Origin: Vicugna vicugna
Taxonomy: Eukaryota
Reading direction: 5' to 3'
Length of the DNA: 64,000 nucleotides
Assembly: GCA_013265495.1 (NCBI GenBank)
Contig: MU058009.1
Span: 3,553,780 to 3,617,779, forward strand
Position numbers and translations under genes: made by a program. Of this stretch, positions 1 through 11,800 are shown piece by piece (the first letter of the stretch is position 1; each line of letters starts with the position of its first letter). The notes beneath the pieces are model-generated. The model did no database searches. It saw only the letters and a program-made list of their open reading frames with translations, and was not told the DNA's origin.

Positions 1-2859
1 TGGAAATAGAAATCCAGCTCGCAGTAAGATGAGCAAGAGTGACTTGCAGACCCATCCATAAATGACAGTCAGGGTAATTCTTTTGCAGGGCGCCTCAAAA
101 TTCATTGATTTTATTTCCCTACCGTTCAGCCTCTGTTGCATCCTCATCTGACTCGTACACAGAGCGCGGGAACGACCTGCCCACGGCGGCCAGCGGGTCA
201 CCGTTCTCAGCGAGACAGAGGGCAGAGCGTGAGGCGGGGGCTGGGCTCACTCCGGAAAGATTCAGGAGACGGCCTTTGCTTTTCTCCTTCTGGGCATAAA
301 TCAAAGACTCCAGCTCTCCAGGCTGCCAATTCGACACCTTTTATAGGCACTTAATTCACTGAGAAATTAAAAATATATACATACTCCTCACAGAAAGTAC
401 CATCACTCTTGGGCATGACACATGATTTGATTTTAAGCCTTTATATGTCCCGTTTCTACCCTACTGTGGGTCAGAACCAGGCAAATGTCTGTGATGGATT
501 GCTCGGCCGCCCAGGCTGGCCACCTCCCACACAGGCTCCGCCGTACCCTCTTGGAAGAACCGCCACCTCCCGCCGCCCTGCGGAAGCCAGCCGCGCGGCG
601 CGGGGCCCCACGGAGACAGGTCAGGGGGTTCGACAGGAGTATCGCTCCCAGCCTTCCCTCCCCTAGCTCTCCCGTCGCCTGCCTCGCACAGCTGACTTCA
701 GACCCTCTAGGAAGGCCCAGTCCGACATCCCCGCTGGCACGCCCAGCCTCTGGGGTCTCCACCCTCGTCCCCTCTCCCCTCCCCAACGTGCCCCACCCCG
801 CACACCCTCCTTTGTCCTCACCGTCACCTCTTTTCACAGTCTGTGCTTTGCAGTGAAGCTGCATCCACCCACCCTGAATCATCCACCTCTTCCAGGCATG
901 GTTGCACTCTTAAGGGTTCGGGACTTCCCTTACAAAGAATACAATTTGGGGTAAATGAGCAAACAGGGCTGTTTTCTTGGGCAGAGGTGGTTTTGCAAGT
1001 AGCCCCTCGAGCAGACCTTGGTTGAGGGCATCCGGACACACTCTGGGGTGAAAGGGGGGCCTCACTTCTGCTTCCAGCTCCCGAGAACCTGAGCACATCA
1101 CCGCCTCTCTCTGGGCACCATGTCTCGGGGTAACACGACAGGGGGAGGCCCGTGGAAACGTTCCTGGACTCTGTTCATTTCACAGTCTTCCCAAAATTTG
1201 GCTGATGGAGTTCAGCACGCTTCTAGGAACCAAGAGGCCAAGTGACTCAGAAATACATAAACCTTTGCACAGACCAGACTCCTCCTCCCAGCAAAGTCTT
1301 CCAGTTAGGTATTTACAGGAGGGAAGTGGCCAAACGCAGTCAAGTGACACTTTATCATCACATAGGCCGGGTCGTGAACCCCACCTAGGGGAGCGGAGCT
1401 GTCCAGGCACCCCAAGAGCCCCCCCACCTCTGCGCTCCAGCCTGGCTCCCCCGGCACCATGCTCTGCTCAGCTGCCCGGGGCTGGGGCTGCGGAGGTGCC
1501 GGGACCTGTGTCCGTGCCAGAGTCAGACGTGTGTGTGACCTGCTAGGAGCCCAGGAGCCACTGTCCCTCAGCCCGCCGAGTCAGACCAGCAGAAACACAG
1601 GGCGGACTGTTGTCTGAGTCTGGAGGCCGGAAGGCGGACTCCTCTGGGGAAGGGCCTTGATTTACGGTGTAACTTCCAGAAAGACTGGTTCTTATGCCTT
1701 CAGTTTCTTGCTTTGCTTCTCAAATTCAGTTCCCACCTCTTAGACACCCAAGGCCCTCTAGGTCAGGCTCCAATGACAGGTGCTCTCTGTACCCATGGAC
1801 ACACGGCCTCAGGTCCCCCCGGGTCGGGTCACCCTGATTTCCACTGAGCTCCAAGGCCACCTCCACCCCTTCGGCCAGCAATTCCCCTCCAGCTGAATGA
1901 CTCCCACCTTCTGACCCTCTGATCCTCTGACCCTCTGACCCTGGGCCCCAGTTTCAGCTGGAGCACAGCCGATGTGATGCAAGGGGGTTCGGGCACGGAG
2001 CAGGCCTGGCCAAGGACTGCCTGTGCGACGGTGAGCATCTAGCCTCCCTCCTGGCCAGTTAGGGGTGCGAGCAGTGCCCTCCAGGGACGCTGTGAGGGCC
2101 AAGTGAGGAGACACATGGAAGGCCAGCACGACGCCCGGCACAGAGGTGCCCACTGAGTGGTGCTCCCTCCACCCATCTTTAGGATGAGGGACTTGGTCCA
2201 TCCTGACTCCACCTATGACCTTATTTTTAATTCCAATTTGATAGTAACACTATTTTTTTTTTTAAATAAAGGGCCTCAGACACCTACATCTCTACCCACG
2301 GCTTCAGAATATCTAGATGTTTGCCAAGTATCAGGGAAAGCGTGTGGGGAGGAGGGAAGAGAAAGGGTTCGTCTTCATCTGCCCCCACATGGACCCTCTG
2401 GTCCAGACGCTTTCATTTGCAAGTGACAGAAACAGTCTAAAATAACCTAAGCCAATGAGGGCGTGAGCCTGCCTCCAGGCCCGACTCGTCCCACTTTCTA
2501 CGATGCCCTCTCCCCTGGGTTCTCCTCCTGGTTCTGGTTGACTTCATTTCCTTGCAGACTTTCTCCACCTGTTAGGAAAGATACCCCGCAGAGCCACGCC
2601 TCCTTCACACAACACCTGGAAAACTCTCGGGGAAGAAACGGACTGGCCGGCCCTGGGCCAGAAGGGTGGGCTGCGCAGAGAGCCACCCGGAGCTGATTCC
2701 TGGGGGCGAGCAGGACAGCGAGCCAGCATCCCCGCCTCCCGCGGAGCCCAGAGGACACTGCCGGCCACAAGGATCTGCAGGCAGAGACTCTGAGACGTTC
2801 ACGTTGACTATTACCCAGCGCCGTGATTCGCTCTTCAAGCAAGCTGATTATAAAGACGT

Positions 2860-3090
2860 TGGAGCCGATGTGTGTGTTAGACGTTGTACGAGGGCTTTCA
2901 TGTTCTTCATTTTGGTTAATTCACATCGACTCTGTGAAGTAGATATTATTACTTCCACTTTAAGGACGAGATGGGAGGAGATGAGATGAGATGAGGAAAT
3001 TGAGGATCACAGAATGGGAGCTGATAAATGGAATTAGACTCAGATCCGGGTCTTCTGATTTTAAATGTTAAATTCTTTCTGTTTTACTGC
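2860..3090 (-). mobile_element. MIR SINE, degenerate
   Basis: MIR antisense core-like ccactttaag...gatgaggaaattgagg...gagctgataaatgg...cagatccgggtcttctga. Confidence 0.55.
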
Positions 3091-3403
3091 TGTGCCGTCT
3101 GGCTTCTTTCTGAGATGAAGAGGATGATAACTCACAGAGACCGAGGCCAGATGACTGCGCCTGTCATTCTAGTTAGAATACGCTGACCGGGCCCCTCTGT
3201 GGGGACGTGGAGCAAACCTCTGTGTCCTTAATCTCTGTGCTGCTAAAAGTAAGACTTTCACTGTCATATCAGCTTAGGCAAATTATCAATAAATCAGGAA
3301 ATCGGCTCCAAGTTGAATTCTCAAAATAGACCCCCGTGTAATTCTAGCATTATTTGTACACTGGACACATCACATCCATTCACATCAAAAGCGACAATCC
3401 ACA

Positions 3404-4084
3404 GTTCCCTAAAAGACTAAAAATAGACTTACCATGTGATCCAGCAATCCCACTCCTGGGCATATACCTGGAGAAAAATAAAATTCAAAAAGAGACATGC
3501 AGCCCAATCTTCATAACAGCACTATTTACAACAGCCAAGACATGGAAGCAACCCAAATGTCCCTCCACAGATGACTGGAAAAAGAAGTCGTGGTATATGT
3601 ATATGATGGAATACTACTCAGCCATAAAAAAGAATAAAATAATGCCATTTGCAATGACAGGGATGGACCTGAAGATCATCATTCTAAGTGAAGTGGGCTG
3701 GAAAAAGAAAAAGTAATGATGTATGTTATCACTGGTATGTGGAATCTAAAGAAAATAAAATAAAAATTAAGGATACAAATGAACTAATTATTTATGACTT
3801 AGATGATTGATCTCTTGAATATGTGTGAGCACATCTGATTGTCCTTTATGATCTGATCATCACATTCTGTTGATTCTTATTCTGTGGTCAGCTAGATTGC
3901 TTTGATAACCATGTAAGTTTAAAAAGCTAAAGTTCTAATCTGTTCTTAGAAGCCAGTGATCAGCACACATATGTACACTAAAAAAAGTGTGCAGTATATT
4001 GTATATATGTGTTTACAGGCAATATAATGTATATGTGCAGTCAAAGTGTAGTAATTCTACCTAATAAAACTGAAAAAGGGAAAA
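3404..4084 (+). mobile_element. 5'-truncated L1 (ORF2 C-terminus and 3' region) with target-site duplication
   Basis: Track ORF 3354-3716 contains LKIDLPCDPAIPLLGIY...KTWKQPKCPSTDDW...MEYYSAIKKN; AATAAA at 4063-4068 and an A tail; flanks AAAAGCGACAATCCACA (3387-3403) and AAAAGTGACCGTCCACA (4085-4101). Confidence 0.9.
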
Positions 4085-6509
4085 AAAAGTGACCGTCCAC
4101 ATCCAAGATGGCTTTCTGGGGAGATCCGCTCAGAGAGATGGGGACCACTTTCCTCCTGCGTGGCTTCCTCCCTTTGAAGTGACCCTGCGAGTCAGAGCCG
4201 GGCCACTCTCTGTCCCAGATGTGGGAGGGCAGGTGGCCCCCTTCCCCAGGGCCAGGCCCATCCCAGCCCCAAGTGTGTGAGCCCATGGCTGCCCCAGCCT
4301 CGGCCAGGCGGCCACAGCAGGCGGAGGCAGAGCAAAGCAGTGGCTTTTGTTAAGTCCTGAACATTATTTCAGTGCTGCTCTTTAGAGTTAAGCTCCCGCA
4401 GTTCTTTCCATAATAGCTGAGAAGAAGCAAACGTGCTGCCCGCAGCCTCCCCTCCCTCCCCGACCAGCGTGCACACCTCCTCCTCCTCCTCACAGGCTCC
4501 TGTCCCCGCCGTGGGCCAGGCCCGCCCGTGCGCCTGGTGGTCGCCCCCTCCCAGGGCTGGAGGGCTGCGGTCAGGTTCAGGGCCCCACCGTGGTCTTCCT
4601 GGACTCGCCACCTGGTTCAGTGAGGGGCCAGGCGTGCCTGGGGCCGGTGCACAGAGAGTCAGTCCCTGTTCGTCCTCGCTCACCGCACACCACACAGAAG
4701 CTTTAAGCCAAGGATGATGCACGGCTTACAAAACGCCCTCCTGGCTGCCCTCTCCTCAGAAGTTAAAGCCCTCGTCTGTTTCCCTTCCTGCTCCTTATTG
4801 CTTCTTCCTCTTCCTCATGCCTCCTCTCCAAACAGAAACAGCATTTCTGCAGGAATGTCCTCTTCCCTGTAAGGAGGGCGGATGGGGGAGAGCACCATTC
4901 TGCCTAGAACACAAGCCCCTTTCCTGGTGTTCTTTTTGTCTTGGGACCTTTCCTTCTCCTCCAACCCTTGAACTGGGAAGTGACTGATGCAGCTGGCTAA
5001 TCCTGGAGGTGAGTCTCATCCTGCAGACACCTGATTAGACACACTTGAGCCTCCTGCTCCGTGGAAGGAGCTCTGATTGCTGAGTAAGGAGCTGTGATCT
5101 CAGAGTGTCCCTCCAATGACAGCCTCCCCAGCCAGAGCTTCCAGAGTCAGCACCCCACCCCGAGCAGCAGAAATCCCTGCCCAGGCCGTGTGACTCAGAG
5201 GGGCCCAGATGCCCACTGCTCGGCGCAGTTGCAGCAGGAGAGTCCCAGCCCTGGGGCCCGAAAGACGGAGACTAAAACGGAGAAACGCCGACAGCTTCCA
5301 CGTAACCTCCCCCCGTCCCCGCCCCCAATAAGTAAGGGACGGTCCTGGTGGGACACACCCAGCGTGGGTGGCCGGGAACCAGCTTTCCCGTCTGTGACTC
5401 TGCCAGCGAGCTGTCAAGTAGCCAACAGGCCCATGGCGACCCTGTGCTCCATCCAGGCCGGTGGGGAGGAAATGTCTTCTCCATCGCGTGTGTCTGTGGA
5501 ACACAAAGGCCGCTGGGAAACTCTGCTCTGTGTTGAATCCCAGCCCTGGAAGCAACGCTGCTCTCCAGACAGCCCAGCCCCGAGCAGCACTCAGAGTCCA
5601 GACAAGCCTTTCGGTTTGATCGTCCCTCAAGAGATACACTGCCTTCGTGAATGCACAAAGCATAATTCCGGAAGGACTCCCCCCAGGAGTCTCTGTTCAC
5701 AAGCTCCGGCTGCTCCTCCGAGGACCCAAAGTGGACCACATCAGTCTCCATTTGATTAAAATAAAAAAAAAAACAAATGAAAATTAGCTGATGGTGGTGA
5801 TGTGCGGCGCTGGTGGTCATGGAGTTACACCTGGTACCCCCGTCTCAGACGTGGAGCTGAGAAGGTCAGTGCAGGTCCCACAGCCCCCGGGAGGCAGAGC
5901 GGGGGTCCGAGTCAGTCATCTGCAGCCCCAGCCTGAGCTCTCGGTCCACAAGCCACGGTGATGATAAGTGTCCGCTGCGGGCGCCTGCGTGTGCCAGGCG
6001 TGGTCACCGTGTCGGGGTGTGTGGCTCAGGCATTGTGCCGGCTTTCCTTTTTTGATTTCTGTCCTTTAAAAATGTTATTGTGACTTAGCAGGGCCAGAGC
6101 AGGGATCTCAGACAGTTTCAAGAGCCCACAATGCAGGTGGTTTATTTCCATCTCTCATTTTTAATTTATGGCATCGTTTGCCTGTGTCTTCTTCCCTCTG
6201 CTTTAGATCTGGTCTCCAGCTCACTTTCATGGTGTAGCATGACGTTCACCATCCCTGTAGAGCTTCTAAAACTATCATAGAAAATGCCCTATGATCACTT
6301 CTTTGCACCCAGATAAAGTTACAAATTATCTACAGCAACCATTTGCAAGTCAATTATTACTAAAAGTGGTACATGGGTCTTCTTATATTTTATTTATCAG
6401 TATATGTGTTGTTTCATATAATTTTTAATATTATAGTCTGCTAAAAATAGCAAAGGGGTTATCTGTAAGGATGTCTGACATCTATTTGAGTCCCTCCCAG
6501 TATTTGGCA

Positions 6510-6760
6510 GATAGTATTTTAGGGGTTGGTCTGGGAGACAAACGCGGAGATTCACACCCTGGCTCCATTGCTCACCAGCTGTGTGGCTGCGAAGTTTTCC
6601 TTGGGCCTCAGTGTTCTCATCTATAAAATGGGAGTGGTAATTGCACCACTTCCTAGGTTGTGAGGATTTAAAGAGAAACATGCCCATAAAACACTGATTA
6701 ACATGCCTGGCACATAGCAAATGCTCAATAAATATCAACTAGAATTATTAGCTTATTATT
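6510..6760 (+). mobile_element. MIR SINE
   Basis: gggcctcagtgttctcatctataaaatggg...ggttgtgaggatt...tgcctggcacatagcaaatgctcaataaat. Confidence 0.9.
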
Positions 6761-8379
6761 GTTGTCACACATGTGGAGGCTTAATAAAAATTGGGAAATG
6801 TACAGATTTATTGCGGCTCAGGGTGAGGACACTTACATGTGTTGGTGCCTCTGCCTCTCCGGGTCAGGACTAAAGGCTTATCAGTGACGCATTGTCTTCC
6901 CCGTCACTCCGGAGGGCAGTGAAGTGGCAGCAGTAAAGGAAGCCACCCTTCCTTCTGCACCGTGCTGTTATCACTGCCGCCACAGCCATCCCAAAGCATT
7001 TAACTGCACATGTCACTCTGCAGAGCACTGCACAAAGAGACCGGTGCAGAGATAAAATGCTTGTCCCTTGGGAGCTCACATGATCAAGGGCATTTTGATG
7101 GACATATGAATTAGAACATAGTGGCATTAAAAATTTTTTTTAACATAAAACACCTTTAAAATCAAGAGACTCAAGACACAGCCCTCTACTCGTACAGACG
7201 GGAGGCCAATGTTCACAGAAGTAAACTGACCTGCTCACAGTACCTTGATTTGTGTGGAGGCAGGTCTCCAGACCCCAGTGCTCCTTCCACTCAGAGTCAC
7301 TGGGCTGCACACCTGCAGGGGGCGCCCCTGAGGCTTGTGCAAAGTGGCAGAGCTGTCTCTATTTCACTTGTGCACCGAGTAAGCACTTTAGTTCTGTGCA
7401 GTTTAAGAATATATACATTAAAATTATTATGGGGGTTATAAGGAAGTTTAATAATTACTGCGGAAATCTGGAAGACTTATTTCAAAAACTGTGTGTGGCA
7501 GCATCATGACGGTATGAATTTGTCAGAATCAGCTAAGAAAGGTGCTATGAGGGGCTAAGTTCTCCAGAATTTTTGTCAGCATCATGTAGCTTACTTCCCA
7601 TAAGAGAAAACCACAAATTACATCATCAGTTTTCAGGGCCTTACAGTTAGATCTCTCAAAAAGTCATCACATCCGTTAGATTGTTTTTGTAAGGTTTTCA
7701 TTCTTACCCAGCATTAAGAAGCTGTGTCATCTGCAACTCTCTGAGGACATTTTATAGCCACACGCAAAGTCAACACTCTGACAGTTCTTCCTCATGTCTA
7801 ACCTAAGTCTGTCTTGCTGCAGTTCCAACCACAAGCACTTACATTATTCACTTTGGTGAATGTGGGTGGAATTAACGTACCCCTTGTTCCTGTTTGGAGC
7901 AGCTCCTCCATATTCAGACTGCAGTTCTTCTCAAATCCCAGAAGCCCCATCCCTTTCCATGGTATCATTTACACGTGGATGCCTCCAGGAAATAAATTAA
8001 GTGGATGAAATATAGGAGTAATACAGGTATTCTGAAATGGGGTGACAGGAAAAGAAAATAGAAAGTTATTTATTATTTTCAAAGCAACAAAGTAGGAGGT
8101 TGATTGGAAAAGGTGAAAGATGAGAGAGAGAGAAAAAAAGATCTGTCGTTGAATGATATTTTCATCGAAGAGGAAAATAAGCACCCACGAATAAAATTTG
8201 ACTCATCTTTGCAAGTTTCACCAAGCATGAAAATGTCCCTTTAAAAATTTCCCGTAAGCCGTTGCTGGCTACAGGATTTTTCCAGTGCCAAGGGAATGTG
8301 AGTTCAGGAGGCCAGGGAATGCCAGAAGGAAGGGCTTTTTTGATGCTTGGGGCTCTGAGACTGTCAGTTTAAAAAATGA

Positions 8380-8806
8380 AAGTAATATAGAAGGGGCCAA
8401 GTGGCATTTATCACACCATCTCTCCAGGCTCCTGTCTCTTTAATCAGCTAGCCTGATTTGCCCAGTAAATGATTCCTGAGAGTGTGTGCGTGTGTGTGTG
8501 TGTGTGTGTGTGCCCGCGCGCGTGTGTTGTAGCTCTGTCAATCCTTGGATTAGAACCAATGATTGCAGCTTGTAGGAGGGCTGTCCAGGGCCAGATTGTA
8601 CGATGTGTCTCGGTGCCAGAGTATGAGTAGAGATAATTACTGGGAAGTCACACTCTCTCACAGCCTCGGCTTTCTCGTGTCCTTCGGCAAAACAGTGGAT
8701 TTAAATCTCCTTCCTCCGGCTTGAGAGCAGCGCAATCTGTCAGGAAAGAAAGAAAGAAAAAACCGAACCTGACAAAAAAGAAGAAAAAGAAGAAGAGAAA
8801 AAAATC
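8380..8806 (+). promoter_or_regulatory. NTM: NTM 1a proximal promoter / 5' UTR (TSS not determinable)
   Basis: Repeat-free segment upstream of the ATG with a (GT)n tract, CTGTCAATCC (8535-8544), GGATTA (8547-8552), CCAAT (8556-8560) and a purine-rich leader at 8742-8804. Confidence 0.7.
8482..8527. repeat. (GT)n/(GC)n microsatellite
   Basis: gtgtgtgcgtgtgtgtgtgtgtgtgtgtgtgcccgcgcgcgtgtgt. Confidence 0.95.
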
Positions 8807-8888
8807 ATGAAAACCATCCAGGCAAAAATGCACAATTCTCTCTCTTGGGCAATCTTCACCGGGCTGGCTGCTCTGTTTCTCTTTCAAG
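8807..8888 (+). CDS. NTM: Neurotrimin alternative first coding exon (1a), signal peptide; phase-1 exon, rest of gene outside the window
   Basis: ATG at 8807 with A at -3; 27 codons plus 1 nt encode MKTIQAKMHNSLSWAIFTGLAALFLFQ/G, matching the recalled NTM isoform N-terminus MKTIQ(P/A)KMHNSISWAIFTGLAALCLFQG; followed by CAAG|GTAAGA. Confidence 0.95.
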
Positions 8889-11800
8889 GTAAGAGCTGGC
8901 TATTGATTTGCCTACGGTCGACCCAGGAATTGCACAGGGTGCTTTATGCGATTCGCAGGCTCTCCGAGGCGGCTCTGCTGCGCGGTTTGCAGGTGGAGGA
9001 GAGAGCGTTCAGACAGCATGGCTGGGACTCCATCCTCCCCAGCAGGCTGTGAGAATATTGATTTGATTCTGGCTGCTGCCGGAATAGGGGGATGTATATG
9101 CATAAGAAAAATGTGTCTGGGGCTCCTGTTCGGTGCGCGGCTGTGTGCTGGTCGCCCGGCTCCGTGTACGTCTTGCACACACACAACCGAGACACATGGA
9201 ATCACAGATTCCGAGGGCGGCGGGGCTGCTAATGTGTTGCTTATGTTACTGGGAAGAAATTACAGGAGGAAACTTTAAATCTCTGTCGGCCAGTAAACTT
9301 GCAAAGCTTCTGCAAGGAGCAAACGGAAAAATGCAGGCTAGACATAATCAGGTAACTGGGCGTCCTGGGAGGCTCTGGTCAGAGATCCACTGAAGGGCTG
9401 GAGCAGTCTGAGCCTCGATCGTTGCCAGCGTGTTGGGGGTGTGTTGGGGGAGGGGGGCGGCGGGGGGTGGTGACCAGCAGGTGAAAGGCTGCGGGAGGAA
9501 GCCCAGGGCTCTGAGATTCGGGAAAGCTCTAAGTTGAAGAGAGAGAGAGGCATTAAGAGTCAAATGCTAATTTCCTGTTTATCGGCTGGGAAGCCAAGCT
9601 GAGGGGCTGCAGTTAAGGGCCTGGCTGGCTCCCCAGCTGAGATGTGGCTGTGATGCGCTGGGTGCGTTTGGAATCTGCTTCAATCTTGAGTCCATTTGCT
9701 GCACGGGTGGCCCCCGCGCTCTGTCCCGGCCCTCGCGTCCCCCCAGCAGGGCTCCCTGCTCACCCACCCTGCCCTTCGGGGGTCTTGTCTCTCCCATATT
9801 ACCTGCGCTCACAGGGATGGAGGCAGGCAGAGAAAGTTTCCCTGGGTGGTCCAGCACGGCCCTCCGGAGGACCCCATGTGGAAGCTCAGGCCTGTGCAGC
9901 TGGGTTCCCAGAGGAAAGTTCACGCTCACCCGCTGCGTCCTCTTCTACTGCAGTGTGGGGCTCTCGTGGTCGCGACTGGTTCTCACCTCCAGTCCCGCTG
10001 ACCTCCCTCTGAGGGTAGGCTTGGGGCGGCCACTGTCCTCTTGACAGAGCTGCAGGGGCGGCTACGTGGATCCACACAAGGTGGGCAGAGGGACCAGGCT
10101 GGGAAGTGTCAAATGTGTGTGTACCCTTGGCTGGGGCTCAAGGAGGAAGGCAGGGGGCACCGGAGGGACCTGAGTCGGATGGCAAGGAAGCCCTCAGTGG
10201 TGGGATGTGCAGGGGTCTCCTGATGTCACCGGCTGCGCCCAGCCACAGAGCGGCTCTGGCCTCAGGACCCTCTTCCCCCAGGGGGGCGGTGGGTGTGAGA
10301 GAGAAGGAGGCAACGTGGAGGCAGCCCTGATCGACTGCTCTTACGTAACACAGAGCAGCAGTGTGCGTGTGTGTGCGAGTGTGCGTGCCGAAGTGTGTGC
10401 ACCCCCGCTTGTAGTGGGTGAACAGGGTGAGATCAGAGCCCCGACTCCAGCAGTGGGGAAACTGATGTCAAGGCCAGGCAGCCTCAGGGAAACAGCTTCT
10501 AACCACAGAAATGGGAACTAAGTAGGTAAGGAAGGGGTGGAGTGAGCGGTCAGAGGAAGGATCAGGGCAAGTCCCAAGACCTCCATAAATTCCACCTGTC
10601 CTGAGGTCTGTGTCTCCTCTACCTGCAACTTCAGACTGGAGACATTGGCCAACATGCCGCCACCATCAGCCTGACTGGCAGTGTGCCAGGAGCCCCAGGG
10701 CCACACTGAATTTACATACAGATTAGCATATGTGATTTTTTTTCATCAGAAATAAATGCAGGGAAGCATAACATTTGTCCACACTTTGAATCATCCCTGA
10801 ATAGATGAGTAGAAAGTGGTGGTGAAAATCCTCCAGGGGGAAATCTGATTTTGTGATCTTGCTCCCACCTTGGGGTGGGGGTTGGAGGTGATTGGGGCAT
10901 CTCAGCCCTCCTTCCTTTCTACCAAATCCTGACTTTCCTAAGATGAGTCACGGTCTTGTTTGTGCTACTCACCTCGAGCCAGCTCTGAACAGGCTTCAGT
11001 GTGTCATAAATGAACAGGGCTGCCCAATTTTAAGGCAGAATGATCCCCAAGACCCCCGAACCACATGCCAGTTGGGCCAGCCAAGGTGACGTATGCTTTC
11101 CCTCTCAGGGGATGGAAGCCGCAGTCAGCCAGCTACCTCTTACCAAACTTACAGGCTCACTGGGGCAGCTGGGCCTTGCCTACAACAATCCACCCCTATT
11201 GCCTTGACCCAGAGGGACTAGTTAGAATGCAGCACACATTCCAAGGCGATTTTTTCTTCTCCTCTGTTTTTGTTTTAAGCTGCCTCTTCCTAGAGCCGCC
11301 ACTTCCTGGGTTTCTTGTCTTCTTGGAGAGGTGTGCGGGGCCAGTGACAGGTTACGGACCCCTCTCTGACCTGCTCCTTCCCCCAACCCCACCGGCAGCC
11401 ATGATCCAGCTTAGCGGGGGAGGGGGGAATCTGCACTGATTAGGGCTGGCGGGAGGCGGGGTGGTTAGCGCCCTGGGGCTCTGGCCCTAAGACGCACTGG
11501 GGTTGATTAACCGGCAGCTGCTCATTCCTTCCCGGGAACCCGCGCCGGGACTCGGATGGGATTAGGCTCCGTCCTTCTCAGCGCACCGCCCACCCCTGCC
11601 CCCGGGAGGCTCTGAAAGGAATGGCTGGTGCTGCAGCAGTTTCCCCTCTTTCTAGAAACCACTTCTCCTTCGAAGGATTAATGCTCCTTTCAACACCTTC
11701 CGATGAGCTTGGCTGGGTTCCCGTCTCACCTTTCTCCTGTTCTCTTGCCTCCTCACGTCCACATCTACTCATCTGCCCACGTGCGACACAGTCCAGGCAG

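Noticed and set aside
5094..5820. Overlapping 182-221 aa ORFs
   Set aside because: No recognisable domain; open frames on both strands are expected in GC-rich, stop-poor DNA
8807..9052. 81-aa ORF as a standalone protein
   Set aside because: Only the first 82 nt match NTM; the rest is read-through past a strong GTAAGA donor
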